Source of the DNA: an uncultured Candidatus Saccharibacteria bacterium
GTDB taxonomy: Bacteria; Patescibacteriota; Minisyncoccia; Phycocordibacterales; UBA9973
NCBI GenBank assembly: GCA_964553015.1
Contig: CAZKJE010000002.1
Coordinates: 14,175-78,174 of the forward strand
Reading direction: 5' to 3'
Length of the DNA stretch: 64,000 nucleotides
A program made the position numbers and the translations under genes. Every line of letters starts with the position of its first letter. Positions within the stretch are counted from its first letter, which is position 1. A model generated the notes under the pieces. The model was given only the letters and a program-made list of their open reading frames with translations, was not told where the DNA came from and did no database searches. Shown piece after piece: positions 39,547 to 47,749 of the stretch.

Positions 39547-39993
39547 TCAACGTCCTTTAAAATCTCGGCGAATCTCGCGATCAGTGTCACGCTTTTTTAG
39601 AGTTTCGCGTTTATCAAATTTTTTCTTGCCTTTCACCAGGGCAATTTCCAATTTGATTTTCCTGCCTTTATTATACACTGAAATCGGCACTATTGTCAAA
39701 CTTTTATTCTTCTCGCTGCCTTGTAGCTCATTAATTTCTTTTTTGGTCAGCAAAAGTTTCCTATTGCGCAGAGGATCATAATCTTTTGGCGCATTTTTTG
39801 CCTGATATGGAGGTATGTTGGCATTGATCAGGTATGCTTCGCCGCCGCGTATAATTACAAAAGCCCCCTCGAGCGACATCTGACCCGTTCGTACAGCTTT
39901 TACTTCTGTTCCCAAAAGCTCAATACCGGTTTCGTGCTTTTCTAGGAATTCATAATTGAATCGCGCTTTGCGGTTTTCTGTATAACTAGCCAT
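39547..39993 (-). CDS. smpB: SsrA-binding protein SmpB
   Basis: NRKARFNYE...GTEVKA...DPLRNRKLLL conserved SmpB motifs. Confidence 0.9.
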   Translation of the reverse strand: MASYTENRKARFNYEFLEKHETGIELLGTEVKAVRTGQMSLEGAFVIIRGGEAYLINANIPPYQAKNAPKDYDPLRNRKLLLTKKEINELQGSEKNKSLTIVPISVYNKGRKIKLEIALVKGKKKFDKRETLKKRDTDREIRRDFKGR

Positions 39994-40064
39994 AGCTTTA
40001 TCTTAACATAACTTTTCTTTATTTTATGATGACTATGATTCTATGTGCTTAATTGATAGTAAAT

Positions 40065-40092
40065 TTGACTCAAATTTTCTAAAGTGTATAAT
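40065..40092 (+). promoter_or_regulatory. Sigma70-type promoter TTGACT-16-TATAAT
   Basis: Hexamers read directly, ~40 nt upstream of the 40130 ORF. Confidence 0.5.
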
Positions 40093-40129
40093 CTAGGTAT
40101 TATTTTTATAATTAAATCTTGAAAAAACT

Positions 40130-40642
40130 ATGAAAAATATAGAGAACGCGGGGCGTCTTTCCGAGGAAAAAGCTCAAAAGGAAGCCAAAGCAATTCAAGG
40201 TATGTCAGAGTTTAGGTCTTACGAGGAAGGCTACAAGAATCCAACAGCAGAACATTATGAAAAATCCTCAAAACATTTGGATAATCTAAAAGGGATAAGT
40301 TCTAAAGTTGCAGAGCTTTTTATAGAAGCAGCCGGACTAGGAAAGGATTTGAGAGATGAAATGGGTCCTGAAACACATAGGATATTTGAAATAGCCCAAA
40401 GAGATATTGTCCAACGCCTCAGATTAGAGGGTCTTTTTCTAAGATTGGGTAGTGAAGATCCAGAAGAAGAAAAAGAGAATATGGATTATATTCTTTCCAG
40501 ATGGGACAATGAGATTCGTTCAGATGAACGCATTAAGGATGTTTTCTTAGGGAAAGAGGAATTACTTAATAGGACAATAGAGTTTACTAAAAAGCACACC
40601 TTTCAACTTCTTGCTGGTATTAAGATAGAGATAGGAGAGTAA
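40130..40642 (+). CDS. Hypothetical protein (170 aa)
   Basis: ORF with upstream promoter; no recognisable motifs. Confidence 0.45.
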   Translation: MKNIENAGRLSEEKAQKEAKAIQGMSEFRSYEEGYKNPTAEHYEKSSKHLDNLKGISSKVAELFIEAAGLGKDLRDEMGPETHRIFEIAQRDIVQRLRLEGLFLRLGSEDPEEEKENMDYILSRWDNEIRSDERIKDVFLGKEELLNRTIEFTKKHTFQLLAGIKIEIGE

Positions 40643-40726
40643 TATAAAAATTTTATAATTAAATCTCGCTTTTCGGTGTAATGAGACATAACTTTATATT
40701 AACATAGATTTTTATTCCCCTCTTGA

Positions 40727-40850
40727 GGGGTGGCTCGCGTGCAAGACGGGGTGGATAATTTACCTCACCCTGCTGCCCTCTCCTGTAAAGGGGAGGGGAA
40801 AATTCATCCACCTCCCTCCGACCCATGTCGGAGTACTCCTCAAGAGGAGA
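40727..40850. repeat. Composite cluster of GC-rich palindromic elements (cccctcttgagggg ... ccctctcctgtaaaggggagggg ... ctccgacccatgtcggag ... ctcctcaagaggag)
   Basis: Four hairpins in an AT-rich intergenic region. The middle unit matches the 2206-2252 copy. The overlapping ORF 40730-40930 is judged spurious. Confidence 0.55.
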
Positions 40851-40926
40851 ATTTTTTACTCATATACTACTCTAATCCTATAAATAAGGGTTTTTTGACT
40901 TTGCTAGCAACAAAGTGTAAAAATGC

Positions 40927-40954
40927 TTGACAAAAAATGTAGATATGCTATGAT
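40927..40954 (+). promoter_or_regulatory. Sigma70-type promoter TTGACA-16-TGcTATGAT (extended -10)
   Basis: Hexamers read directly; would drive the ~330-nt structured region upstream of ftsH. Confidence 0.55.
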
Positions 40955-41260
40955 ATAAGCATCTCATAGATTTTATTTGATTTAATATGAGGTCAAGAGA
41001 TTGTTTCGTATAGTCTCTTGCATATCCCTAAATCAAATGTAGTTTCTCAAAAACGATTAGCGAATTGAGAGATTTTCGCTAAAAACGCTTGAGAAATGAA
41101 GAGCTGAAATCTCTCTGGGTCTGGAGCGCTCGGGTTACCTTTAGCTCTTTGATCCATCTGTTGGTAAAAACCCGAACATCATCGCCGTCGGTTCGAAACA
41201 ACCCTCGGCACCCCACCCAAAGCTTCGGCCGCGGGTGGGTTTTTATTTTTATACTGAATT
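40955..41260 (+). other. Candidate structured ncRNA or long ftsH 5' leader, ending in a terminator-like hairpin (cccaccc...gggtggg + T-run at 41212-41245)
   Basis: Nested inverted repeats (ctcata..tatgag; caagaga..tctcttg; atttgatttaa..ttaaatcaaat; gagagattt..aaatctctc); no ORF with coding signal. Confidence 0.3.
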
Positions 41261-41301
41261 TTTTATTTCACATTTTGGGTTTTTTGTGCTATTATCTCAA
41301 A

Positions 41302-43230
41302 ATGGATTTAAATTTTCTTAACAATAAAACTGGCGACAAAGGGCGAAAGAAACTTCCGAAGCCGACGAAGTTCAGTGGGAATATTTTAGGCGCGATAATT
41401 TTTTTCATGCTCATCACTGCGCTTTACTTGGTGGTAGCAGGAGACCAAAAAACGGTTCCAGAAATTCCAATTTCCGACCTGGCGCAAAGCGTATCTGCGG
41501 GAGAGGTAAAAAATATTTTAGTTTCCGGAGACAAGCTCACCATCACGTACAAAAACGATCAAGTTAAGACATCCAAGAAAGAAGTGGGCTCGGCGCTGTC
41601 GCAGACACTTTTTAATTATGGGGTGCCGCCGGAAGCACTTGCGCAGACAGAAATAGAAATAAAAAACGAAAGTGGATTTGCGTACTGGCTCGTAAATATT
41701 CTGCCGTTTCTTCTGCCGGTAATTTTTATTCTGTTGTTTTTCTGGTATTTATCACGCCAGGTAAAAGGCGCAGGCATGCAGGCGTTTACTTTCGGACAAT
41801 CCAAGGCCCGCATCACAGATCCGAATGATAAAAATAATAAAGTTACTTTCAAAGACGTGGCCGGAGCCAAAGAAGCGAAGGAAGAATTGAAAGAGATTGT
41901 AGACTTTTTGAAAAGTCCGAAAAAATTTCTGGATATTGGCGCAAGGATTCCAAAAGGTGTAATGCTGACAGGAGCCCCGGGTACAGGAAAGACGCTGCTC
42001 GCTCGCGCTGTAGCAGGCGAGGCCTCCGTGCCGTTCTTTCATTTATCCGGCAGCGAATTCGTGGAAATGTTCGTTGGTGTCGGGGCTTCGCGTGTGCGTG
42101 ACCTATTTAAAATGGCTAAAAAAGCTGCACCGGCCATCATATTCGTGGATGAAATAGACGCTATCGGGCGCACGAGAGGGGGAGGCTTTGGCGGCGGGAA
42201 TGATGAACGCGAGCAAACCTTGAACCAGATTTTGGTGGAGATGGACGGCTTTGAACCGAACGATAAAGTGATAGTCATGGCGGCTACAAACAGGCCGGAC
42301 GTCCTCGATCCGGCGCTCATTCGCCCGGGACGTTTTGATAGAAAAGTAATGATAGATCTTCCGGATCGCGCTGACCGCGAAGAAATTTTAAAAATTCACG
42401 CTGTTAAAAAACCTCTCGCCGAAGATATAAATTTGAAATTAATTGCCGAACGTACACCTGGTTTTTCTGGCGCCGACCTGTATTCGCTCATGAACGAAGG
42501 TGCGATACTCGCCGCACGCGAGAACCGCAAGAAAGTTTTTCAATTTGATCTCATACGCGCGATAGAAAAAGTAATGCTCGGTCCTGAGAGGAAGAGCCAT
42601 TTGCTTTCCAAAAAAGAAAAAGAAATTACTGCGTACCATGAAGCGGGTCATGCGATCGTCGCATCAGTTTTACCTCACGCAGATCCCGTTCATAAAGTTT
42701 CTATCATCTCCCGCGGAAACGCCGGAGGATACACTTTGAAGCTTCCGCTTGAAGAAAGGCGATTGCAATCTAAAAAAGAATTTATAGATGACATTGCGAT
42801 GTCGCTCGGAGGATATGTGGCCGAGCAGATGATGTTCGGAGATATCACGACTGGTCCGTCAAGCGATTTGCAGGCAGCAACAAACATTGCGCGCGCCATG
42901 GTGACGCGCTGGGGCATGTCGGACATTATCGGACCGATAGCCTTGAACGATTCTCCCGGCCGTTCTATGTATGGAGGAGAAACAGTAGAAAAAGAATTTT
43001 CCGAAAGTGTTTCTACTAAAGTAGATGCTGAAGTTTCAAGAATAATTAGTGATGGGCTAAAGTCTGCGCAAATCGTAATTACCGAAAACAAAAAAGCCTT
43101 TGAGGCTATAGCACAAAAACTCATAGAAGTTGAAACCATAGAACAGGAGGAATATGAAAAAATTCTCATAGCGCACGGAATTATCTTAAAAAAGAAAGAA
43201 GTCATAGCTCCACCGGAAGGTACAAAGTAA
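41302..43230 (+). CDS. ftsH: ATP-dependent zinc metalloprotease FtsH (start at MDLNFL; the ORF-track 41089 start is an upstream extension)
   Basis: Two N-terminal TM helices, Walker [20 protein letters not shown] zinc site. Confidence 0.9.
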   Translation: MDLNFLNNKTGDKGRKKLPKPTKFSGNILGAIIFFMLITALYLVVAGDQKTVPEIPISDLAQSVSAGEVKNILVSGDKLTITYKNDQVKTSKKEVGSALSQTLFNYGVPPEALAQTEIEIKNESGFAYWLVNILPFLLPVIFILLFFWYLSRQVKGAGMQAFTFGQSKARITDPNDKNNKVTFKDVAGAKEAKEELKEIVDFLKSPKKFLDIGARIPKGVMLTGAPGTGKTLLARAVAGEASVPFFHLSGSEFVEMFVGVGASRVRDLFKMAKKAAPAIIFVDEIDAIGRTRGGGFGGGNDEREQTLNQILVEMDGFEPNDKVIVMAATNRPDVLDPALIRPGRFDRKVMIDLPDRADREEILKIHAVKKPLAEDINLKLIAERTPGFSGADLYSLMNEGAILAARENRKKVFQFDLIRAIEKVMLGPERKSHLLSKKEKEITAYHEAGHAIVASVLPHADPVHKVSIISRGNAGGYTLKLPLEERRLQSKKEFIDDIAMSLGGYVAEQMMFGDITTGPSSDLQAATNIARAMVTRWGMSDIIGPIALNDSPGRSMYGGETVEKEFSESVSTKVDAEVSRIISDGLKSAQIVITENKKAFEAIAQKLIEVETIEQEEYEKILIAHGIILKKKEVIAPPEGTK

Positions 43231-43323
43231 AAACCAAAGCGCTTTTCTGACTGTTTATATTATATGCGAACTATGGTATGCTATACTAGTACTAACTATT
43301 TGTAAGTTCATAAATAAAAAGAA

Positions 43324-43998
43324 ATGGCGAGAAAACAAGATAAACAAAGCGTTTTGGCTATGCGCAAGAGAGGAATGAGCTACAGCCAGATCAAAGGGAA
43401 AATAAAAATAAGCAAAAGCACTTTGAGTGTCTGGCTTAAAGATTTACCACTCGATGAAAAACGGATAAGAGAATTAAGAGACAATAGCCCTATTCGTATT
43501 GAAAAATTCAGAAATACAATGCGAGCAAAAAAAGAGATGAGACTTTATGAGGTATATAAAAAAGTCGCAAATGATATTTGTGATCTCTCAAAAAGAGATT
43601 TATTTTTAACAGGCTTGTTCTTATATTGGGGAGAAGGCACGAAATCACAAAATTCTTTAGTTGCCCTCACAAATACAAATCCAGCCATGGTTAAGTTTTT
43701 CATACAATGGCTAAAATTGTTTGGAGTAAAAAGCAAAGATTTGAAAATTAAACTACATTTATACTCCGATATGAAAATTAAAGAAAGTCTTGATTTTTGG
43801 TCAAAAGAGCTTAATATTCCGATAAGCCAGTTTTATAAGCCGTATGTTAAGAAAAATACTCTCAAATCTATCTCGTATAAAAATGGCTTTGGAAAAGGAA
43901 CATGTAGTGTTATATTTGGGAGTAGAGATCTTTGGGAATATATAACAATGGGATTGAAATATATTTCTGAAATTAGTAATGAAAATTTCCGCCCCTAG
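43324..43998 (+). CDS. HTH-domain protein with a LAGLIDADG-like motif (possible free-standing homing-endonuclease-like protein); its 3' end overlaps the tRNA
   Basis: N-terminal HTH (RKRGMSYSQIKGKIKISKSTLSVWLKD); LTGLFLYWGEGTKS resembles a LAGLIDADG block; stop codon lies within tRNA positions 8-10. Confidence 0.4.
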   Translation: MARKQDKQSVLAMRKRGMSYSQIKGKIKISKSTLSVWLKDLPLDEKRIRELRDNSPIRIEKFRNTMRAKKEMRLYEVYKKVANDICDLSKRDLFLTGLFLYWGEGTKSQNSLVALTNTNPAMVKFFIQWLKLFGVKSKDLKIKLHLYSDMKIKESLDFWSKELNIPISQFYKPYVKKNTLKSISYKNGFGKGTCSVIFGSRDLWEYITMGLKYISEISNENFRP

Positions 43999-44061
43999 CT
44001 CAGTTGGTAGAGCAATCCGCTTATACCGGATCGGTCCTTGGTTCGAGTCCAAGGGGGCGGA
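43989..44061 (+). tRNA. tRNA-Ile (anticodon UAU)
   Basis: Manual cloverleaf: acceptor CCGCCCC/GGGGCGG, D-arm GCTC-AGTTGGTA-GAGC, anticodon arm ATCCG-CTTATAC-CGGAT (U33, anticodon UAU, A37), T-arm CTTGG-TTCGAGT-CCAAG; CCA not encoded. Confidence 0.8.
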
Positions 44062-44063
44062 CA

Positions 44064-44624
44064 ATGAAAGATAATTTGAACGAAAAATTAATTTCTGTTC
44101 CCCAACCACCCGTATTCCATACCTCAAGCCGTTTTTTATACGACGAATGGGTGCGCCTGAGTAAGCGTCTGGAAATAGAAGAGTTAAACGAAGAGGAGCG
44201 TGTTATAATAGAACAAAAGAGATCTGCGCTATTTAAAGAATATGAAGTTGCGTCTAATCGTGAGCAAGCCGAACCCGAAGCCATAGGCTTAGAATTTCTA
44301 GAAAACTTGAAATACGCTATTAAACAGAAAGACAAAGCTTTGTTACGAAAAACAATCCTTATGATTCAAGAGTTTGTTAATCGCCCTAACTTTTATAAAG
44401 ATTTAGATTTTATCAGATTTGCTGATGATGAATTAGATAAGATTTTAAATAATCGAATTGCCGCTATTATTGTCGGATCAGGTACTTATGGTCAAAGAAT
44501 TTTGATTTCTTCCAGCCGCTTGCGCATGAGCGGAGATAGACACGGACAGGAGTATAGAAACCGTTTTGCTAAACTTTTCGGTCTCAAATTCGATCCTAAC
44601 ATTGATTTAAGTATTGAATTTTAA
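44064..44624 (+). CDS. Hypothetical protein (186 aa; start at MKDNLNEK)
   Basis: ORF immediately after the tRNA; no recognisable motifs. Confidence 0.45.
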   Translation: MKDNLNEKLISVPQPPVFHTSSRFLYDEWVRLSKRLEIEELNEEERVIIEQKRSALFKEYEVASNREQAEPEAIGLEFLENLKYAIKQKDKALLRKTILMIQEFVNRPNFYKDLDFIRFADDELDKILNNRIAAIIVGSGTYGQRILISSSRLRMSGDRHGQEYRNRFAKLFGLKFDPNIDLSIEF

Positions 44625-44773
44625 ATCTAATCCAGCTTATAGATACTCGGTTTCTGGAAGTCGCTCTTGTGTTCTCTTTTTCGGTGTTTTCTTTTGCGAA
44701 ATTTGCAAAAAAATGGCGGTTATCCACTTGCTATGGGTGTGTAAAATGGATTATTATTATAGTCCAACCAAGC

Positions 44774-44799
44774 TGAACAAAAATTATCTAAAATGTTCA
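44774..44799. promoter_or_regulatory. 26-bp inverted repeat TGAACA-N14-TGTTCA upstream of nrdJ (candidate operator)
   Basis: Perfect 6-bp arms 31 nt upstream of the nrdJ ATG. Confidence 0.3.
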
Positions 44800-44829
44800 C
44801 TTTTAATCCAAAAATAATTTAAAAAACTC

Positions 44830-47124
44830 ATGAAACCAACTGCAAAAATTTCAAAAAGCGAATTAGCAAAAATAAAAACTATCCGAAGGAGAACCGGAGA
44901 AGTGGTTCCGTTTGATCTCGACAGGGTAGCCCGCGCTACATTCAAGGCTTTTGAAGTTACCAGAGAGGGGGGAGAAAAGGAATCGGAAAAAGTTGCTACG
45001 AATGTTTTCAAAATGCTGCTTGACCTTCGGGAAGGCCTTTTGAAATCAAACAAGAGCGCAAAATTTCTGCCGACCGTGGAACTTGTGCAGGATTTTGTTG
45101 AAAAAGAATTGATGAAAGACGGGTTTACGGATACCGCGAAAAAATATATTTTATACCGAAACAAGCGTTCAGAGCTTCGCGCTACTTTCGGGCCGGTGTC
45201 AGAAGCAGTCCGCACCGCGGTTGAAGAATCCAGTAAATATTTCGGAAGCGCGTACTCTGAATATATTTTCTATCAATTTTATTCGCGCTGGGTGCCGGAG
45301 CTTGGCCGCCGCGAGACATGGATAGAAACTGTTGATCGCTACATGGCTTACATGAAAGAAAATCTGGCAAATAAACTTACCGCAAAAGAATATTCAGATG
45401 TGAGACAAGCTATCTTAAATCAGGATATTTGTCCTTCCATGAGGCTTCTCTGGTCTGCGGGCAAGGCCTGCAGACAATCGAACGTCTGGGCATACAACTG
45501 TTCCTACATCGCGCCTACGTGTCCGCAAGATCTAGGAGAGATAATGTATGTTTCAATGTGCGGAGCAGGCTTGGGGTTTGCCGTTGAATGGGAAAATGTT
45601 CAGCAGTTTCCGCAAATCCAAAAGCAAACAAATGAAAAGCCGATCACTCACGTAGTTATAGACAGCAAAGAAGGCTGGGCAGATGCTTTTGTTCTCGGGC
45701 TAACATCTTGGTTTGACGGCAAGGATGCAAAATTTGATTATTCGGGGATCAGGCCGGCCGGCGCACGACTGGAAACAGCAGGCGGTAAAGCATCCGGACC
45801 GCAGCCGCTGATGGATCTAATGGAGTTTGCAAAAAGAAAAATTTTAGCAAAACAGGGACGCAGACTTTCAAACATAGACATGCATGACATCATCTGCCAG
45901 ATCGGCATGATCGTCGTAGCCGGCGGAGTTCGCCGAAGCGCCCTCATCTCCTTGTCAGAACTGGAGGACACAGAGATGCGCGACGCAAAGAAGGGACAAT
46001 TTTATCTGACCGAAGGTCAGCGCAGCATGGCAAACAATTCTGCGGTGTACAACGCAAAGCCGGGAGCAGAAGAATTTCTTGATGAATGGACTTCTCTTGT
46101 AAAATCAAAATCCGGCGAACGCGGAATTTTCAATCGCGCGGGGCTGGAAAAACAAGTGCCGGCTCGCAGATGGGCAGCGATCAAAAATGAAAGACAGATG
46201 GGATTAAATCCTTGCGGAGAAATTTATCTTCGTTCAAAACAATTTTGTAATTTGACCAGCATTGTAATCCGTCCGAAGGACACCGCGGAAACTCTGAAGA
46301 GAAAAATGGAGCTGGCGACACTTCTCGGAACGTATCAGTCCACCCTTACCAATTTCGGATATCTTTCAAAGAAGTGGAAAGAGAACTGCGAAGAAGAAAG
46401 ATTGCTCGGCGTATCGCTCACTGGCTACTATGACAATCCTCTTATACGAACCGATAAAGTTTTGGATATGTTAAAAAAGGATTCAGTAGAAACAAATAAA
46501 AAATATGCAAAACGCTTTGGCATAAATCCTTCTACGGCTATCACCTGCGTAAAACCTCATGGAAATTCCGGGCAGCTCCTCGGCGTCGGCTCCGGCATGC
46601 ACCCTTGGTTTGCTCCTTATTTCATCCGCCGTGTGCGCATTTCTCACACTGATACTCTTTTAAAGATGGCCCGAGATCAGGGAGTGCCATGTGTCCCAGA
46701 AGTAGGACAGGCAGAAGGAAGCGCCACTACGTATGTACTCGAATTTCCAGTCAAGGCGCCGCAGGGAGCAATATTCAAAGATGAAGTTTCCGCTCTTGAT
46801 CTCATGAAAGAATGGAAGAGGCTAAAAGAGCATTTTGTGGAGCACAATCCTTCGGCTACCATATATGTCGGCCCTGACGAATGGATCGCCGTAGGAAACT
46901 TTGTCTACGAAAATTGGGACTGGATCGGCGGACTTTCCTTTCTTCCTCGCTCGGAACACGTGTATCAGCTCGCTCCATACGAGCCCATAACAAAAGAACA
47001 GTACGAACGCCGCACAAGGGCAATCGGCAAGATTGACTTCTCAAAACTTTCTCAATATGAGGCGCAGGATAATACTACCGGCGCCAAAGAATTCGCGTGC
47101 GTTTCAGGCGTCTGTGAAATATAA
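44830..47124 (+). CDS. nrdJ: Class II (adenosylcobalamin-dependent) ribonucleotide reductase with N-terminal ATP-cone
   Basis: ATP-cone (KTIRRRTGEVVPFD), active-site NPCGEI...CNL motifs. Confidence 0.9.
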   Translation: MKPTAKISKSELAKIKTIRRRTGEVVPFDLDRVARATFKAFEVTREGGEKESEKVATNVFKMLLDLREGLLKSNKSAKFLPTVELVQDFVEKELMKDGFTDTAKKYILYRNKRSELRATFGPVSEAVRTAVEESSKYFGSAYSEYIFYQFYSRWVPELGRRETWIETVDRYMAYMKENLANKLTAKEYSDVRQAILNQDICPSMRLLWSAGKACRQSNVWAYNCSYIAPTCPQDLGEIMYVSMCGAGLGFAVEWENVQQFPQIQKQTNEKPITHVVIDSKEGWADAFVLGLTSWFDGKDAKFDYSGIRPAGARLETAGGKASGPQPLMDLMEFAKRKILAKQGRRLSNIDMHDIICQIGMIVVAGGVRRSALISLSELEDTEMRDAKKGQFYLTEGQRSMANNSAVYNAKPGAEEFLDEWTSLVKSKSGERGIFNRAGLEKQVPARRWAAIKNERQMGLNPCGEIYLRSKQFCNLTSIVIRPKDTAETLKRKMELATLLGTYQSTLTNFGYLSKKWKENCEEERLLGVSLTGYYDNPLIRTDKVLDMLKKDSVETNKKYAKRFGINPSTAITCVKPHGNSGQLLGVGSGMHPWFAPYFIRRVRISHTDTLLKMARDQGVPCVPEVGQAEGSATTYVLEFPVKAPQGAIFKDEVSALDLMKEWKRLKEHFVEHNPSATIYVGPDEWIAVGNFVYENWDWIGGLSFLPRSEHVYQLAPYEPITKEQYERRTRAIGKIDFSKLSQYEAQDNTTGAKEFACVSGVCEI

Positions 47125-47157
47125 GCGCGAAATAGGAAAGCTCTAAAATAAAAGTTT

Positions 47158-47715
47158 ATGCTTTATACCAGAAAAGGGGATGGAGGCACGACCAAGACTT
47201 TTGGATGCGATCAGCGCATTTCAAAAAGCTCTTTGGTGGCGGAAGCACTCGGTTCGCTGGATGAGACTAATTCTTTTTTAGGCATTGCGCGAGCTAAAAC
47301 TGAAGGCTTGAGTTTTAAAGTTGGAACAGGGGAAATAAAATTTTCAGAACTGATTTTAGAAACCCAGCAGAATTTATTTATCGTGCAGGCAGAAGTCGCA
47401 GGTTCTACTCTTTTCATCACGCAGGATAAAATAACTCGAGTTGAAAATATAGTTGATGAAATAGAAAAAGTTCTACCGCCGATTAAAAGTTTCTTCATCA
47501 GCGGGGCGACAGAGCTAGGTGGAATTTTTGATTTCGCGCGAACGCTTTCAAGGCGGGCGGAGAGGAGAGTAGTCGCCGCCAAAGAAGAAGGTAAAATAAC
47601 TGTGAGCGCAGAAACAATGTCTTATTTAAACAGACTTTCAAGTTTACTGTATGCTCTAGCAAGAATCTCAAGCCACATTGAGGGCGTAGAAGAAGTAAAA
47701 CCAGAATATAAATAA
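47158..47715 (+). CDS. ATP:cob(I)alamin adenosyltransferase, PduO type
   Basis: MLYTRKGDGGTT N-terminal motif. Confidence 0.8.
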   Translation: MLYTRKGDGGTTKTFGCDQRISKSSLVAEALGSLDETNSFLGIARAKTEGLSFKVGTGEIKFSELILETQQNLFIVQAEVAGSTLFITQDKITRVENIVDEIEKVLPPIKSFFISGATELGGIFDFARTLSRRAERRVVAAKEEGKITVSAETMSYLNRLSSLLYALARISSHIEGVEEVKPEYK

Positions 47716-47749
47716 CACTATATTTTGACGGCCGTCTAAAAGTGACGCT

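Noticed and set aside
39455-39781. 108-aa plus-strand ORF
   Set aside because: Lies antisense across smpB and the tmRNA gene.
40730-40930. 66-aa ORF MARVQDGVDNLPHPAALSCKGEGK...
   Set aside because: Entirely generated by the GC-rich palindromic repeat cluster; no RBS; Pro/Gly-rich translation.
41089-41301. Upstream extension of ftsH from the ORF-track start
   Set aside because: The extension runs through the terminator-like hairpin and T-run. The FtsH TM1 and conserved N-terminus begin after MDLNFL.
44774-44799. Second LexA box upstream of nrdJ
   Set aside because: Half-sites are GAACA/TGTTC but 14-16 nt apart rather than N4, so not the same operator class as the 2166-2183 box; kept only as a generic palindrome.
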